Translations under genes and position numbers: made by a program
Part shown: one piece after another, positions 11,622 to 22,504 of the stretch
Layout of the letters: each line of letters begins with the position of its first letter
How positions within the stretch are numbered: the first letter of the stretch is position 1
Origin: Nemertoderma westbladi
Taxonomy: Eukaryota > Animalia > Xenacoelomorpha
DNA length: 45,119 nt
Assembly: GCA_032718475.1 (NCBI GenBank)
Contig: JAUCBJ010005258.1
Span: 1 to 45,119, forward strand
Reading direction: 5' to 3'
Notes under the pieces: generated by a model
Told to the model about the DNA's origin: nothing
The model's input: the letters and a program-made list of their open reading frames with translations, nothing else
Databases searched by the model: none

Positions 11622-13196
11622 CATCGTTAGTCTTCGGGCCTTAATAATTAATTATTTATTACAGGTATATATTAATTAATTATTATTATTGTCCATTTGC
11701 TTTACAAATGGTTAACATTGCCGTTCGATTTATTATTTTCGGGGCATTTATTATAAAGTTTCGCATCGCACGCTTTTTCGTGGATGCGGGGGGGGGGGGG
11801 GGGGAGTTACCAATGCAAGGGAGTTACAAGGTTTCTCGAAATATCCTTTCTAGCACTTTCACTTGGCAGCATTACTGCCCTGAGAATTGGTTTCACATTG
11901 CCGAGTGAAATAAATCAATTGAGTGCTATATAATGCTTTCCAGTGTCAATCACGTGGTGTGTTGGGGCGCTTCTTTATTGTTCTGCTAATAAAGTTTATA
12001 AATAAATTTCTGCTCCATATCATATCGACATTTCCATTGATAATTTTATATTTTATTGTTTACAAAATGGATGTGTCATAATAACTTAAAAATATTTGAA
12101 AATAAAACGTTATATTAAATTTAAATAAAGAATAGTACAACGTATTTCATTTTAAGCTCTTGTTTATTATTGTAATGCGACGGCTACTTTATTTCAATGA
12201 ATATATCGTTTTTAACGTGTTAAATATGTTGAATAGTTTTTTTCGAAGAGTAAAAGTTACTAGAATAGTTCCACGTTACTTTTTATCCTCTAACGATCCA
12301 TATATTATGACCCTTTTCACCCCGTATCGTTTTTTTTGGACATTTTCCACCACCATACATACACAGCGTGCTTACTAACGGTTGCCACGCGACAACCTCA
12401 TTACTTAGCGACGAACTTGTAATTTAAATTAAATAAAACTGAAAGTTATTGACTAGGATTTACTATAATATTTATTCACTGACATTTTTTTGTATTACTA
12501 TTTAAGCGAACCAAAAACTTTTATCATATTCGTTGAATTATGCGTTGAAATTTTAATTACTTTTCAAAATTTTGTTGTGTGAAAGTTGATATTTATGTGC
12601 TAAATGTCATTATAATTCTATAAGAATTGGGTATGACTTAGTATTATACTTAGTCCACGTTGATATTACGTATATTAATGAATCATTATATTATTTAGTG
12701 CGAATAATTATTGTGTTTACTTATTACTGTATATTATTATTGGTGCTGTAATTTTGTGGTTATTACTTTTTGCGAAGTTGCTGTTAGTAATATTCTAGCT
12801 TAATAATAAATTGCTTTGTAAATTATTACCGTCATGATTTGATATTTTAAATGTTGATTGGGAGATTTTTAAATGGCAATAACGAAATAGTATGGCTTGT
12901 AAGTACCATAATGTACATATACCGGTATTACTCCATAAATCAGGAATTAAAGACTACTTTTTTTCCTGCGAATAGATAAATTGAAGTGAAACAAAGGCAA
13001 CTTATTTTCCTAAAAATGGCAGACATTCAAGGACCGTCTTTGTACACGGTGTACTGCAGATATCCGTATTGTTATACTGTTGTACAGTAGAGATATAGTT
13101 TAGGAAGTAAAACGGGTTGGGAAGGGTAACCCCGTTCTGTATATTGTCTACAAAGCAAGCTGACATTTAGAAATGTTTGATTGTTTTTTATTGATG

Positions 13197-13240
13197 TTAT
13201 TCCCTGAAGACGGCCGGGGTCGAAATAGCCATCGGAAATA
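13197..13240 (+). ncRNA. Possible variant/degenerate minimal hammerhead ribozyme (Penelope pLTR type)
   Basis: TATTCC CTGAAGA C GGC-CGGG-GTC GAAAT-AGCC-ATC GGAAATA. Core present, but with one extra nucleotide before stem II, a weak stem II and a bulged stem I. Confidence 0.4.
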
Positions 13241-14169
13241 TTATAACCTACAGTATAACCTAATTGTTTTATTAGACCAGCAGCAAAGACCCTTAAAACT
13301 TTATAATCATATATTAATAATAATTCATCTCATATATTCATACATTAATAAATAAGCCAATTTTTAAATTTTCCTCAGGTGAAAATATTGACCAGTGTGA
13401 CAATTGAAATCGGGGCAATCGTCTAGGAGGTGGAGGGGGACGGGGGGGGGGGGGGGGTGTGTCTTAATTCCGGTACAATCACCTCCTACTTACTTAGTGA
13501 TCTTAGGATGTGGGGGGGGGGGGGGGGGGGGGTGCACCATTTTGGTCCAAAATATGTCGGAATTATTTTTATAATCTATTATAATGCACGATTAAATGGT
13601 GTTTCCAAATCTGAAAACCGCTATTTAATAGCTCTTTTAGTTTTCAAGTTATAACAATTTCCATTTAGGGATTCCTATTGAAATTACTATTACTATGTAT
13701 AATGAAAGGTCGACTATTTCCAAATATTTTTTTTATAAAATTGTCAACTTCAAAACCCTACTACTTCTAAAAAACATTTTGAGCAAAAATAGTCTGAAAA
13801 TTTCGGTGGGTGTCTACATAGACACCATGCATAAAAGTATCAGACAACTTTTCGAAATTTTTTGCTAATAACATTTAATACTATTTATAACAAAAGTAAA
13901 AAATAAGCATAAATTTGCAGCGCCACCTAGCGGTGCAGAATTATTTCGCAAAATTTCGCCTGATAGTTATGTTGCCTCATCTTTGATATATCATATAAAA
14001 AAACTTTCATTAGATTCAAAATTGTAAAAGCCTTGAGTGTTTTAAGCGCAACCACGTTTTTTTAGTGTTAACTAGTATTAAAGAGCGAAAAATCAAATTT
14101 TTCCGACCTGCCATGCAGAATAGCATCTTAGGTACTTATATTCCAAATTATAGCCAAAACCAAACAATT

Positions 14170-14892
14170 TTGAAACGCTGAGAGTGAGAGTGATAAGTCG
14201 AAGAGAGAGTTGTCCGAAAATGGTGTACCCCCCCCCCCCTAAGTACATTTATGCCAAGTTGCAGCTTAAACGGATTAAATTCATAGAGATGGGAGAAGGT
14301 TTACACTTTTATACATTTCGCCCTCGTGTCAGACTGGAGAAGTGCAGACCGATAGATCACCTTCCTTTCAAAGACGCAGCATCTGGGTAGAGTACATATA
14401 CTGTATACCAAGATTGAAATTAAACAGATTAAGATCAACGAAATCGGGAGGTTGTCACTTTTATACATTTCACCTTCGAGCGGCAGACTGGAGACTGTAA
14501 ACCGATTAGCAACCCCACAACATATATCTGACAAGTTTCAGCTTGAACGTATCATAAATAACGAAATGGGTCAAGGATTTCACATTCAGAGACTTCGCCC
14601 TTTAGCGGCAGACTAGAGAACTGCATTCGGATTAGCCTCCTTTGAATGACACGGCTGATGTTCTAATAAAACTCTGCCAAGTTTCAGCTTTCTTAAAAGG
14701 GTGTAAACGCAAAGAAATGGGAGGACATTTAATTGTTAAATATGTCGCCCCCTAGCAGCCGTTAGACTAAATGTAGAAGTCTATATAAACTTCCTAAACT
14801 TTTTTCATAGATCAGTCCTAGACAGACAAACACGGGGTTGAGATAGTGGTAAAAAACACACGCTTACATTCGTGGCTAACCCCACATTAATG
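14170..14892 (-). mobile_element. HINE/pearl-like element related to 5923-6445, with internal tandem core repeats
   Basis: Ends in CGTGGCTAACCCCACATTAATG (reverse complement of the 5923 terminus); three to four degenerate repeats of gccaagtttcagctt...ggcagactggagaa. Left boundary approximate. Confidence 0.55.
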
Positions 14893-14908
14893 TACGGTAG
14901 GCTAAGAT

Positions 14909-15896
14909 AATTGGTGACACAACCAAACCCAAATTCAACCCATCATGTCCCAATGATGAATGGGTTTAAATAGTTGGTGACACCACCAAACCCAAATTCA
15001 ACCCATGTCCCGATGGATGGGTTTAAATAGTTGGTGATACCACCAAACCAAAATTCAACCCATCATGTCCCAATGATGAATGGGTTTAAATAGTTGGTGA
15101 CACCACCAAACCCAAATTCAACCCATGTCCCGATGGATGGGTTTAAATAGTTGGTGACACCACCAAACCCAAATTCAACCCATGTCCCGATGGATGGGTT
15201 TAAATAGTTGGTGATACCACCAAACCCAAATTCAACCCATGTCCCCAATGGATGGGTTTAAATAGTTGGTGACACTACCAAACACAAATTCAACCCATGT
15301 CCCCAATTAATGGGTTTAAATAGTTGGTGACACTACCAAACCCAAATTCAACCCATGTCCCGATGGATGGGTTTAAATAGTTGGCGACACTACCAAACCC
15401 AAATTCAACCCATCATGTCCCAATGATGAATGGGTTTAAATAGTTGGTGACACTACCAAACCCAAATTCAACCCATTTTGTCCCAATGATGAATGGGTTT
15501 AAATAGTTGGTGACACTACCAAACCCAAATTCAACCCATGTCCCGATAGATGGGTTTAAATAGTTGGTGACACCACCAAGCCCAAATTCAACCCATGTCC
15601 CGATGGATGGGTTTAAATAGTTGGTGACACCACCAAACCCAAATTCAACCCATGTCCCGATGAATGGGTTTAAATAGTTGGTGACACCACCAAACCCAAA
15701 TTCAACCCATGTCCCGATGGATGGGTTTAAATAGTTGGTGACACTACCTAACCCAAATTCAACCCATGTCCCGATGAATGGGTTTAAATAGTTGGTGACA
15801 CCACCAAACCCAAATTCAACCCATGTCCCAATGAATGGGTTTAAATAGTTGGTGACACTACCAAACCCAAATTCAACCCATGTCCCGATGGATGGG
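14909..15896. repeat. Tandem array, 57-63-bp unit, ~17 copies
   Basis: Unit GGGTTTAAATAGTTGGTGACACCACCAAACCCAAATTCAACCCATGTCCCGATGGAT; each copy contains an AACCCAT...ATGGGTT hairpin. Confidence 0.95.
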
Positions 15897-16247
15897 TCTT
15901 ACTGAAATTATTATTATAACTTTTTTTTTCAATTATTTTTCAATTATTACATTTATTTCATCATCAGATTTTGTTAAGCATAATACGGTACCCATTATTT
16001 AATTTCGTTTGATATATTTAATATAATTATTTTTATTTCCTTTCTTATCTCAATTTCTCTGTTTCACTCGGGTTTCACATTTCAAGTTTAAGTTGATGTT
16101 AACATTAAATAAGCTTTGTAAAATACAAAATGTTAATGTATTACATTATCAATACAATAATGCATGTGTAATAACACCTTATAATATTTAATATAATAAT
16201 ATGGTTTACTTAGATTACGTATCCTCGTTGATGTTTGTTCCGGTAGC

Positions 16248-17591
16248 TCATTTCTTTATAATACTCCGAAGGCAACTGCTTTTAAGGGCTTTTAAGTCGA
16301 CAAATTCAGGTATTACACCTGGGACCTCTACCACATCACAATCATTAGTAACATCTTCCATAAAGGAATACAACATAGAATCGTCTTCGTAAGTGCTGAA
16401 GTAATACTGTGGGGCACTCCATTTAGGTTCTGCGCTCGGTTTACAATGGTTGAAGGCCTCCATGTGGTCACAGAGTGTAGCATTGTCTGGGTATGACCCA
16501 CAGCAAGATGGACAAGTGTTTTTATAAATTTGGCGTCTGATATAATTTACCATCCTAATCCTATCATAAACACTCAAGTTGTTCGTAGCCTCCTCAAAAT
16601 CGAAGTTGTGTTTGTTTATCATGTGGTCTCCGAGTAGAATCTTGTCGTTACTGCTCCACTCACAGAAGAGACACACAATTTTATCATTTTGATTTTCGTC
16701 TCTCCAATCTTCCCAATCATCAGGATCTTCATATTCCTTTCTATCTTCATCATTGTCTTCTTCGAAATCAGTCCACTTCTTCCCCAATTCTATATAATTA
16801 ACAATATAAAATTTATCATATTCTTTATTTTTTGGACTGAACGACTTATGCTGCTTTTTTCGCGTGTGTTCCCGCAATACAGTTTTATCCTTGAATGTCT
16901 TTTCGCAATAAAGGCAAATTAGACTCTCAATCTTAGTAGTAATTAGCTGCAGTAACTCATCTGCAAAGAATATGTTATCCAGTTTCCCGATATTATATGA
17001 ATGAGCCGTTATTAAATGGTTCAAAACACTTCTACTCGAGGTAAACCTTTGCCTACAGAAGAGGCAATGTAACCGCTGATTACATTCCTGCCTTTCTTTC
17101 TGCTGCTGTTCTAGAATAGCTTCCAACTGCTTGCGATGCAGCGTCTCTCTAATTAGCTTGTCTTCTGGGAGGAAATCACCCAATAGATAGTAAAATTCAG
17201 ATGGCCCCATGTCCGTAGAAAGGGAATTAGTCTTAATAACAACACAGTATTCCGTTATGGTCAGGTCGTTGATACGTTGTCTCCAATACTCACAATATGC
17301 CTGCAGATTGGCAATGAGATTAACGTCGCCAATCACCAGCTTATGTGATGTTAGTAGGTGATGTAGATATTTGTTATAGATGTTATCAGTTATAATGAAT
17401 CTATCTTGACAACATATGCAAACAATTTCTTGTTTCCAAGTTGGTAAATGTATATTATTGGTGGGTTTAGTTTCACAGTTATTAAAAACGAGTGGTTCTA
17501 GTATCTCGTGTTTGTCGGCACCGTCAGCTGTGTCAGAATCTGACCAACGACAGTCGGATATATCTGTTACACTTAATCCTGTTTCATCCAT
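16248..17591 (-). CDS. ZNF277: Zinc finger protein 277 (uS5/RPS2-associated C2H2 protein), uninterrupted ORF
   Basis: ILEPL, HKLVIGDV, LLGDFLPEDKLIRE, CLYCEKTFKDKTVLREHTRKKQH, YDKFYIVNYIELGKKW, RMVNYIRRQ and YYFSTYEDD match ZNF277 along its whole length. Confidence 0.93.
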   Translation of the reverse strand: MDETGLSVTDISDCRWSDSDTADGADKHEILEPLVFNNCETKPTNNIHLPTWKQEIVCICCQDRFIITDNIYNKYLHHLLTSHKLVIGDVNLIANLQAYCEYWRQRINDLTITEYCVVIKTNSLSTDMGPSEFYYLLGDFLPEDKLIRETLHRKQLEAILEQQQKERQECNQRLHCLFCRQRFTSSRSVLNHLITAHSYNIGKLDNIFFADELLQLITTKIESLICLYCEKTFKDKTVLREHTRKKQHKSFSPKNKEYDKFYIVNYIELGKKWTDFEEDNDEDRKEYEDPDDWEDWRDENQNDKIVCLFCEWSSNDKILLGDHMINKHNFDFEEATNNLSVYDRIRMVNYIRRQIYKNTCPSCCGSYPDNATLCDHMEAFNHCKPSAEPKWSAPQYYFSTYEDDSMLYSFMEDVTNDCDVVEVPGVIPEFVDLKALKSSCLRSIIKK

Positions 17592-17941
17592 TACAATTCA
17601 TGAACTGGATGAGATTTCAAGTAATCCGTGAAAAACTCTGTTTTGATGCGATCCCTGTCTGTAGCACTCGGTAGATTAGGCACTACACCCTCGGAGAGTC
17701 GCTTCTTCTTTATATTTTCCCAAAACTTCTTGCAGATATGATAGTTGAGGAATTCGGGTTCACACCGCTTGTACTTTTCTATATCTGGTCGGCTAACTCC
17801 CAAATACGTTTTATTTGTTTTCGTGTGTTCGTGTAAACATAGAAGCGAAGCATCACCCTCAGGGGCACACGGGTCCTCCAAGTTCGATAGTAATTGGCGA
17901 GCTATTTCTAATTTGTTAGAAACCTCATCTAACGAAGACAT
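17591..17941 (-). CDS. CHCHD7: CHCHD7/COX23 twin-CX9C mitochondrial intermembrane-space protein
   Basis: DPC-APEGDASLL-C and C-EPEFLNYHI-CKKFW...RLSEGVVPNLPSATDRDRI resemble animal CHCHD7 (NPCLSESDASTRC...CSTYFLRYKNCRRFW...GVKPFMPTAAERDEI). Its stop codon TAA overlaps the ZNF277 ATG. Confidence 0.85.
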   Translation of the reverse strand: MSSLDEVSNKLEIARQLLSNLEDPCAPEGDASLLCLHEHTKTNKTYLGVSRPDIEKYKRCEPEFLNYHICKKFWENIKKKRLSEGVVPNLPSATDRDRIKTEFFTDYLKSHPVHEL

Positions 17942-18551
17942 ATCAATGAAACTGGCAGATAGATAATGATTTCACGACCAGCACAAACAAGTATATATAT
18001 AGCCTACTAAACTTGCATATCTTCAATAATTGTCATAAATAAAAAGTTTTTTTATGTTACATAAATTATTATTATATATATTTATTAAGCTTGGCCTCCT
18101 TCCTAGAATTTATAATTATAATAAATTAATTACAAAACTCGTTACAATAAAGTACCATCAATTACTGCCCACAATCGCAATGCCCCTTACACTACTCCCC
18201 AAATCTACAGACATTATTAATATCCCTATTCTTTACTGAGTTTATTTTCGTATGGAAAAAACATGCAACTTTCGAACGCCGATATACCAGCGAATTGTAC
18301 CGAAAAAGATAAAAACAAACTCTGAAATCAAACTATTATTTTTGACTCGCTCAGTAAAAATAGCATATGGATGCTAAATTGTGTAAATTTCCATATGATT
18401 CTGATTGTAAAAGTATGTTACCGTACCGACACAGGTATGCTGGTACAGTGTCTTAATGATATTGAAAAATCAACGATTCGAACATCGAAATTAGTGGTCT
18501 GTCTTTGAACCTAATAAATAATGACGTACTAAATGCGATATGCTGATCAGT

Positions 18552-19175
18552 TTAACTTTTCTGCACGTTGAGATACTTCTGGTATTCTTTGAGTTGCTTT
18601 AGGAATCCCTCATTAGGACATGCGTTTCGCCGTACGGTCCTCACAGAAAGGAACGCGGCTACCGCATCCAGTCCTTCCTTACGCATTAGATACGCGGTGG
18701 CTAGCGTGGGAGCTCGGGAGACACCCTGGTTACAGTGAACTAGAACCCTCCCTCCGTCATCGATGGCGGATTGAATGAAGTCGCTAGTGCCCTCAAAATG
18801 CTGGATGATGTCACTGTCGGGAATGTCAGTAACATTGACTGTTTTATAAAGAAACTCCCCGGGAGCTTTATTGAAATAATACGATGCAGCGTTCACTATG
18901 TGTGTAACTCGGTTAGCTTTAAGGAGGTCAATGTCCTGAGCGACATCCTGAGAGCCGACGTATAGACCCGGTCGGACTTCAGCCATTTGTAGATCCGGTC
19001 GTTGATCGTAACAAAATCCATATACAGTTTCCGTGGAGCCGCCACTGGTTTCTTTGATGCCGGTCGATTCGCGTTTCTCCGTAATTTCGCGGCCACCTGG
19101 CGTGGTGATATGGATCTCAGTTGGTTTAAGTGAGTTTTCTTTAAAACCTTCTATTTCGTTTAGTATTTTATCCAT
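18552..19175 (-). CDS. DUSP19: Atypical dual-specificity phosphatase, DUSP19-like, uninterrupted ORF
   Basis: Catalytic VHCNQGVSRA, AYLM, PNEGF; DUSP19-type N-terminus (LNEIEGF...ITTPGG) and LYVGSQDVAQD. Confidence 0.88.
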   Translation of the reverse strand: MDKILNEIEGFKENSLKPTEIHITTPGGREITEKRESTGIKETSGGSTETVYGFCYDQRPDLQMAEVRPGLYVGSQDVAQDIDLLKANRVTHIVNAASYYFNKAPGEFLYKTVNVTDIPDSDIIQHFEGTSDFIQSAIDDGGRVLVHCNQGVSRAPTLATAYLMRKEGLDAVAAFLSVRTVRRNACPNEGFLKQLKEYQKYLNVQKS

Positions 19176-20895
19176 AATAATTAATAAATAATGCAGTTAA
19201 TTAATGTAACAGTGTATTGCTGATCGATTATATAATTAGGCCTACCATATGATCGTAATTCTAATTGCAAAGCTGGAATTGGTTTCAGTGTTTGTTAGTT
19301 GTTACCTCTGCACTTGCATGCACAACCGGCAGGCGGCAGACCTGTCTGCCGGCGCAGAGTGCGGTGCGATACAATAATCTTAAATTGTTTCCCTTTAATA
19401 ATAATAATAATACTAATTACGCATTTAACAGTTGAATTCCAGTTATTACAGTACGGTATTAGGCCTAGGTAATTTTAACTAGGCCTAATAACTACTGAAT
19501 TAGCCTGCGTTCCTGCGTTGAAGGTTATAACAAACTCGTCTGCTCGTAGGCCTATGACTACGACAGTATGATAAAACTGCAAATTTAATCTGGAAACTGT
19601 TGTCTGGCTGTTAACGTTGTTTATAAAGTTGGATGATTGATCTATGGTTAGAAAAAGACTACCGGTGTCCTTATACCGGTACTATATATGCTGATTTGCC
19701 CAGGTGCAGTTGGGTTCTGGGGCGAGTCAAAACTGCGAGCCATCAGCGAACTGTTATAATAATTATACTATGGCCGTTTTCTAAAAGTCAGTGTGGTACC
19801 CAACCCCCCTCCCCCCACATGTCAAATTTCAAATATTTGTTTTTTTATTTAATCTATAGCAAAATTTAAATGAGGATTTCAAATCTGAAACCGCTTAGCG
19901 AGATCTCTTTTAGTTCTCAAGTTATCGCTGTATTTCCGTATGATGATGTACTTCCTTCGTGCCAGAAACGATTAACCAACCAGATTTGGCGGGAATGTTT
20001 AAATTTTGAAGGCAACTATCTCGGAATGTCATTTTTCTTTTTTAAATTACTATTCCTCTGCCATTTTTGAACCAATTTTTCTATTTTTTGCTCATTCGAA
20101 AGGGTTTCGGCAATTATTTTTGCTTTATATATAAATCTGGTATCGGTGCGGTAAGATCGCTCAAATTTATTTTTTCTTGGTTCATTGGGGAGAAATCTAC
20201 GTAATTTATCGTTGGTACGCAAAGGTTTAGCTAATGTAGTTGCGCATTACTTTCTATTGAATGTCCGAAAGAGGGGAGGGCAAAGTAGATCCATCCATGG
20301 CAGTAGAATGGTTTGAATATAACCAACATATCGTAATGTAACTCCAATTCAAACAGTACTACCTAATGCCCCTCATGCTTAACACACAAGCTTGAGCACG
20401 GGCTGGGATCAAGGCAAAAGCAATGTCCTACAAAGCGGGGGCGGCGCTGTTCAAGTTTCAAGCTTGGGGGGACACATTTTTACAACTCAAGCAATGCTGT
20501 ACAGCCAGGGTACGGCTTTTTCAAAATTTGTTTTGTGAAAATCATTGTGGAACAACTTATGCGGTAAAACGGTATTATTGCTGCTGAAATCGTCTTGGTT
20601 GTTTCGGTATTATTGCTGCTGAAATCGTCTTGGTTGTTTTCAGTTTAATAAACCAATTAATGATAAGCATTGGCGCAACAAACAACCTATGGTTGGTTAA
20701 GTTATTTAATTGACTTGTTAGTGTTGAAATATTTTTTAGAAAATAAGTACGTTTAACAATAATGAATATTATATCTTTAACAAAATATAAATTGATAAAA
20801 CCTCTCAGGCAGCTTATTATAATCATATGGATACAAGGTGATTCATTAAACCATTTCAGCATTTTGCATTTATTAAATTTAAAGTAAAATAACGT

Positions 20896-21533
20896 AATAA
20901 TCATTCTGTAAAGACTCAAACTTTTAGAGAAACCTTTTAGAATAAATTGTATGTATAAAGTATAAACTGCCACATTTTGCGATGCGGAAAGACATAGTAT
21001 ATATTTCTTGTATAGAACAGAAGATGTTTTTCTGTTTACACATAATTGCATCAATAATAATAGAATACAGGTAAACCGAATGAAATTGACAAACAAGTTT
21101 TACAATATTAATTTATTGAATCGTAAACTCAGTTTAAAGATTAGAGTTTGTTATATACAGAGGGGGGGGGGGGGGGGGGGGGGGGGGGAATCGTTCAAAA
21201 GAAGAGACTTCTTTGTCTGCGGAATAATCATTCTGTAAAGACTCAAACTTTTAGAGAAACCTTTTAGAATAAATTGTATGTATAAAGTATAAACTGCCAC
21301 ATTTTGCGATGCGGAAAGACATAGTATATATTTCTTGTATAGAACAGAAGATGTTTTTCTGTTTACACATAATTGCATCAATAATAATAGAATACAGGTA
21401 AACCGAATGAAATTGACAAACAAGTTTTACAATATTAATTTATTGAATCGTAAACTCAGTTTAAAGATTAGAGTTTGTTATATACAGAGGGGGGGGGGGA
21501 ATCGTTCAAAAGAAGAGACTTCTTTGTCTGCGG
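20896..21533. repeat. Tandem duplication (~327/311 bp) of the COPS6 last codons plus 3' UTR
   Basis: 20896-21222 and 21223-21533 appear identical except for poly-G length. Confidence 0.9.
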
Positions 21534-22504
21534 CCGCCACCATGCCTTTCGTAGACTAGATTAAATTTATTGACGTACTGATTCAGACTGTTGGATCCCT
21601 TGGTAATGCTGCCTAACAGTGCGGATAGAGCAACATCGTTGCATTGCTGGTAGAAGTGCTTATTGAAGGAGTGCTTATCTATTACCGGTAGCTGCTGACT
21701 CAACCCGGCTATCTCCTTTAGGATTGTAAGATCCACAGGCAACGAATTCGATTCAACGTCCCGGAGGTATTTCACTATGACGCGGATTCTAGAGTCCAGC
21801 ATTTTAGTCGCGTTGTACTGAGCGAGTAAGTGTAGCGACACGGCTGATTGTTTGTCGTTGGTGCCGCTGATAACGGAGGATACATTGGCGACGTGGTCTA
21901 TCCCCACCCGTTCGGCCTCCTCAGCGGCCAGCGTGTAGCTAGTCTGGTTGAATAACGGCATTGCCTCGCCGTCGACGAGGTCTATGTGCGTCTCGTAGAT
22001 GCTCACCGGTAGGTGCTCGCAGCTCGGTCGGATGGCGGGATCGAGTTTCACCAGCATCGGGCTCTCGTGAACCTGGAGGAACTGGTTCCGTTGCATCGCG
22101 CAGTCCTCGGGGGTTGGCGAACTGCCGGTGGTGTACCAGCCCAGGAAGTCTAACTCCGGGAACACTTGTTCGAATTGTTCGCGCTTAGTTTGCAGGTAAC
22201 CCAAGTCGACTGTTGGAGTTGCATCCGATTTATTTTCTTTATCTTTGGAAACGGTGGGTTGATTTACAATCAACTCGAAAGAGTTACACAACTCTAATTG
22301 GCGTCCGTCCTGTTTGCCGAGGACAGCTCCGTAAACCTTAGTTTCTTTGCCCTCCTGAGCTTTCATTCTGGTGTAATGTTCGGATATATTAATGATGAGC
22401 AGAGGGTGTAGACTTACAGGAAGGTTCGTCGTAGCCACTGCGCCCAAAACAGTTGCCGATTTGTTCGCTGGAACTGATGGAATGTCGGTGTCATCAACTT
22501 CCAT
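21506..22504 (-). CDS. COPS6: COP9 signalosome subunit 6 (MPN-minus), uninterrupted ORF; ATG at 22504
   Basis: VSLHPLLIINISEHYTR, GAVLGKQDGRQLELCNSFEL, FLGWYTTG, EEAERVGIDHVA, QQCNDVAL and C-terminal GRRQRSLFF; Kozak context ACCATGG. Confidence 0.95.
   Translation of the reverse strand: MEVDDTDIPSVPANKSATVLGAVATTNLPVSLHPLLIINISEHYTRMKAQEGKETKVYGAVLGKQDGRQLELCNSFELIVNQPTVSKDKENKSDATPTVDLGYLQTKREQFEQVFPELDFLGWYTTGSSPTPEDCAMQRNQFLQVHESPMLVKLDPAIRPSCEHLPVSIYETHIDLVDGEAMPLFNQTSYTLAAEEAERVGIDHVANVSSVISGTNDKQSAVSLHLLAQYNATKMLDSRIRVIVKYLRDVESNSLPVDLTILKEIAGLSQQLPVIDKHSFNKHFYQQCNDVALSALLGSITKGSNSLNQYVNKFNLVYERHGGGRRQRSLFF

Noticed and set aside
14909-15896. CRISPR-like array
   Set aside because: Units are contiguous with no unique spacers, there are no cas genes, and the context is eukaryotic.
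20575-21423. 173-aa and 90-aa ORFs sharing an N-terminus
   Set aside because: AT-rich UTR sequence duplicated in tandem; no protein-like features.
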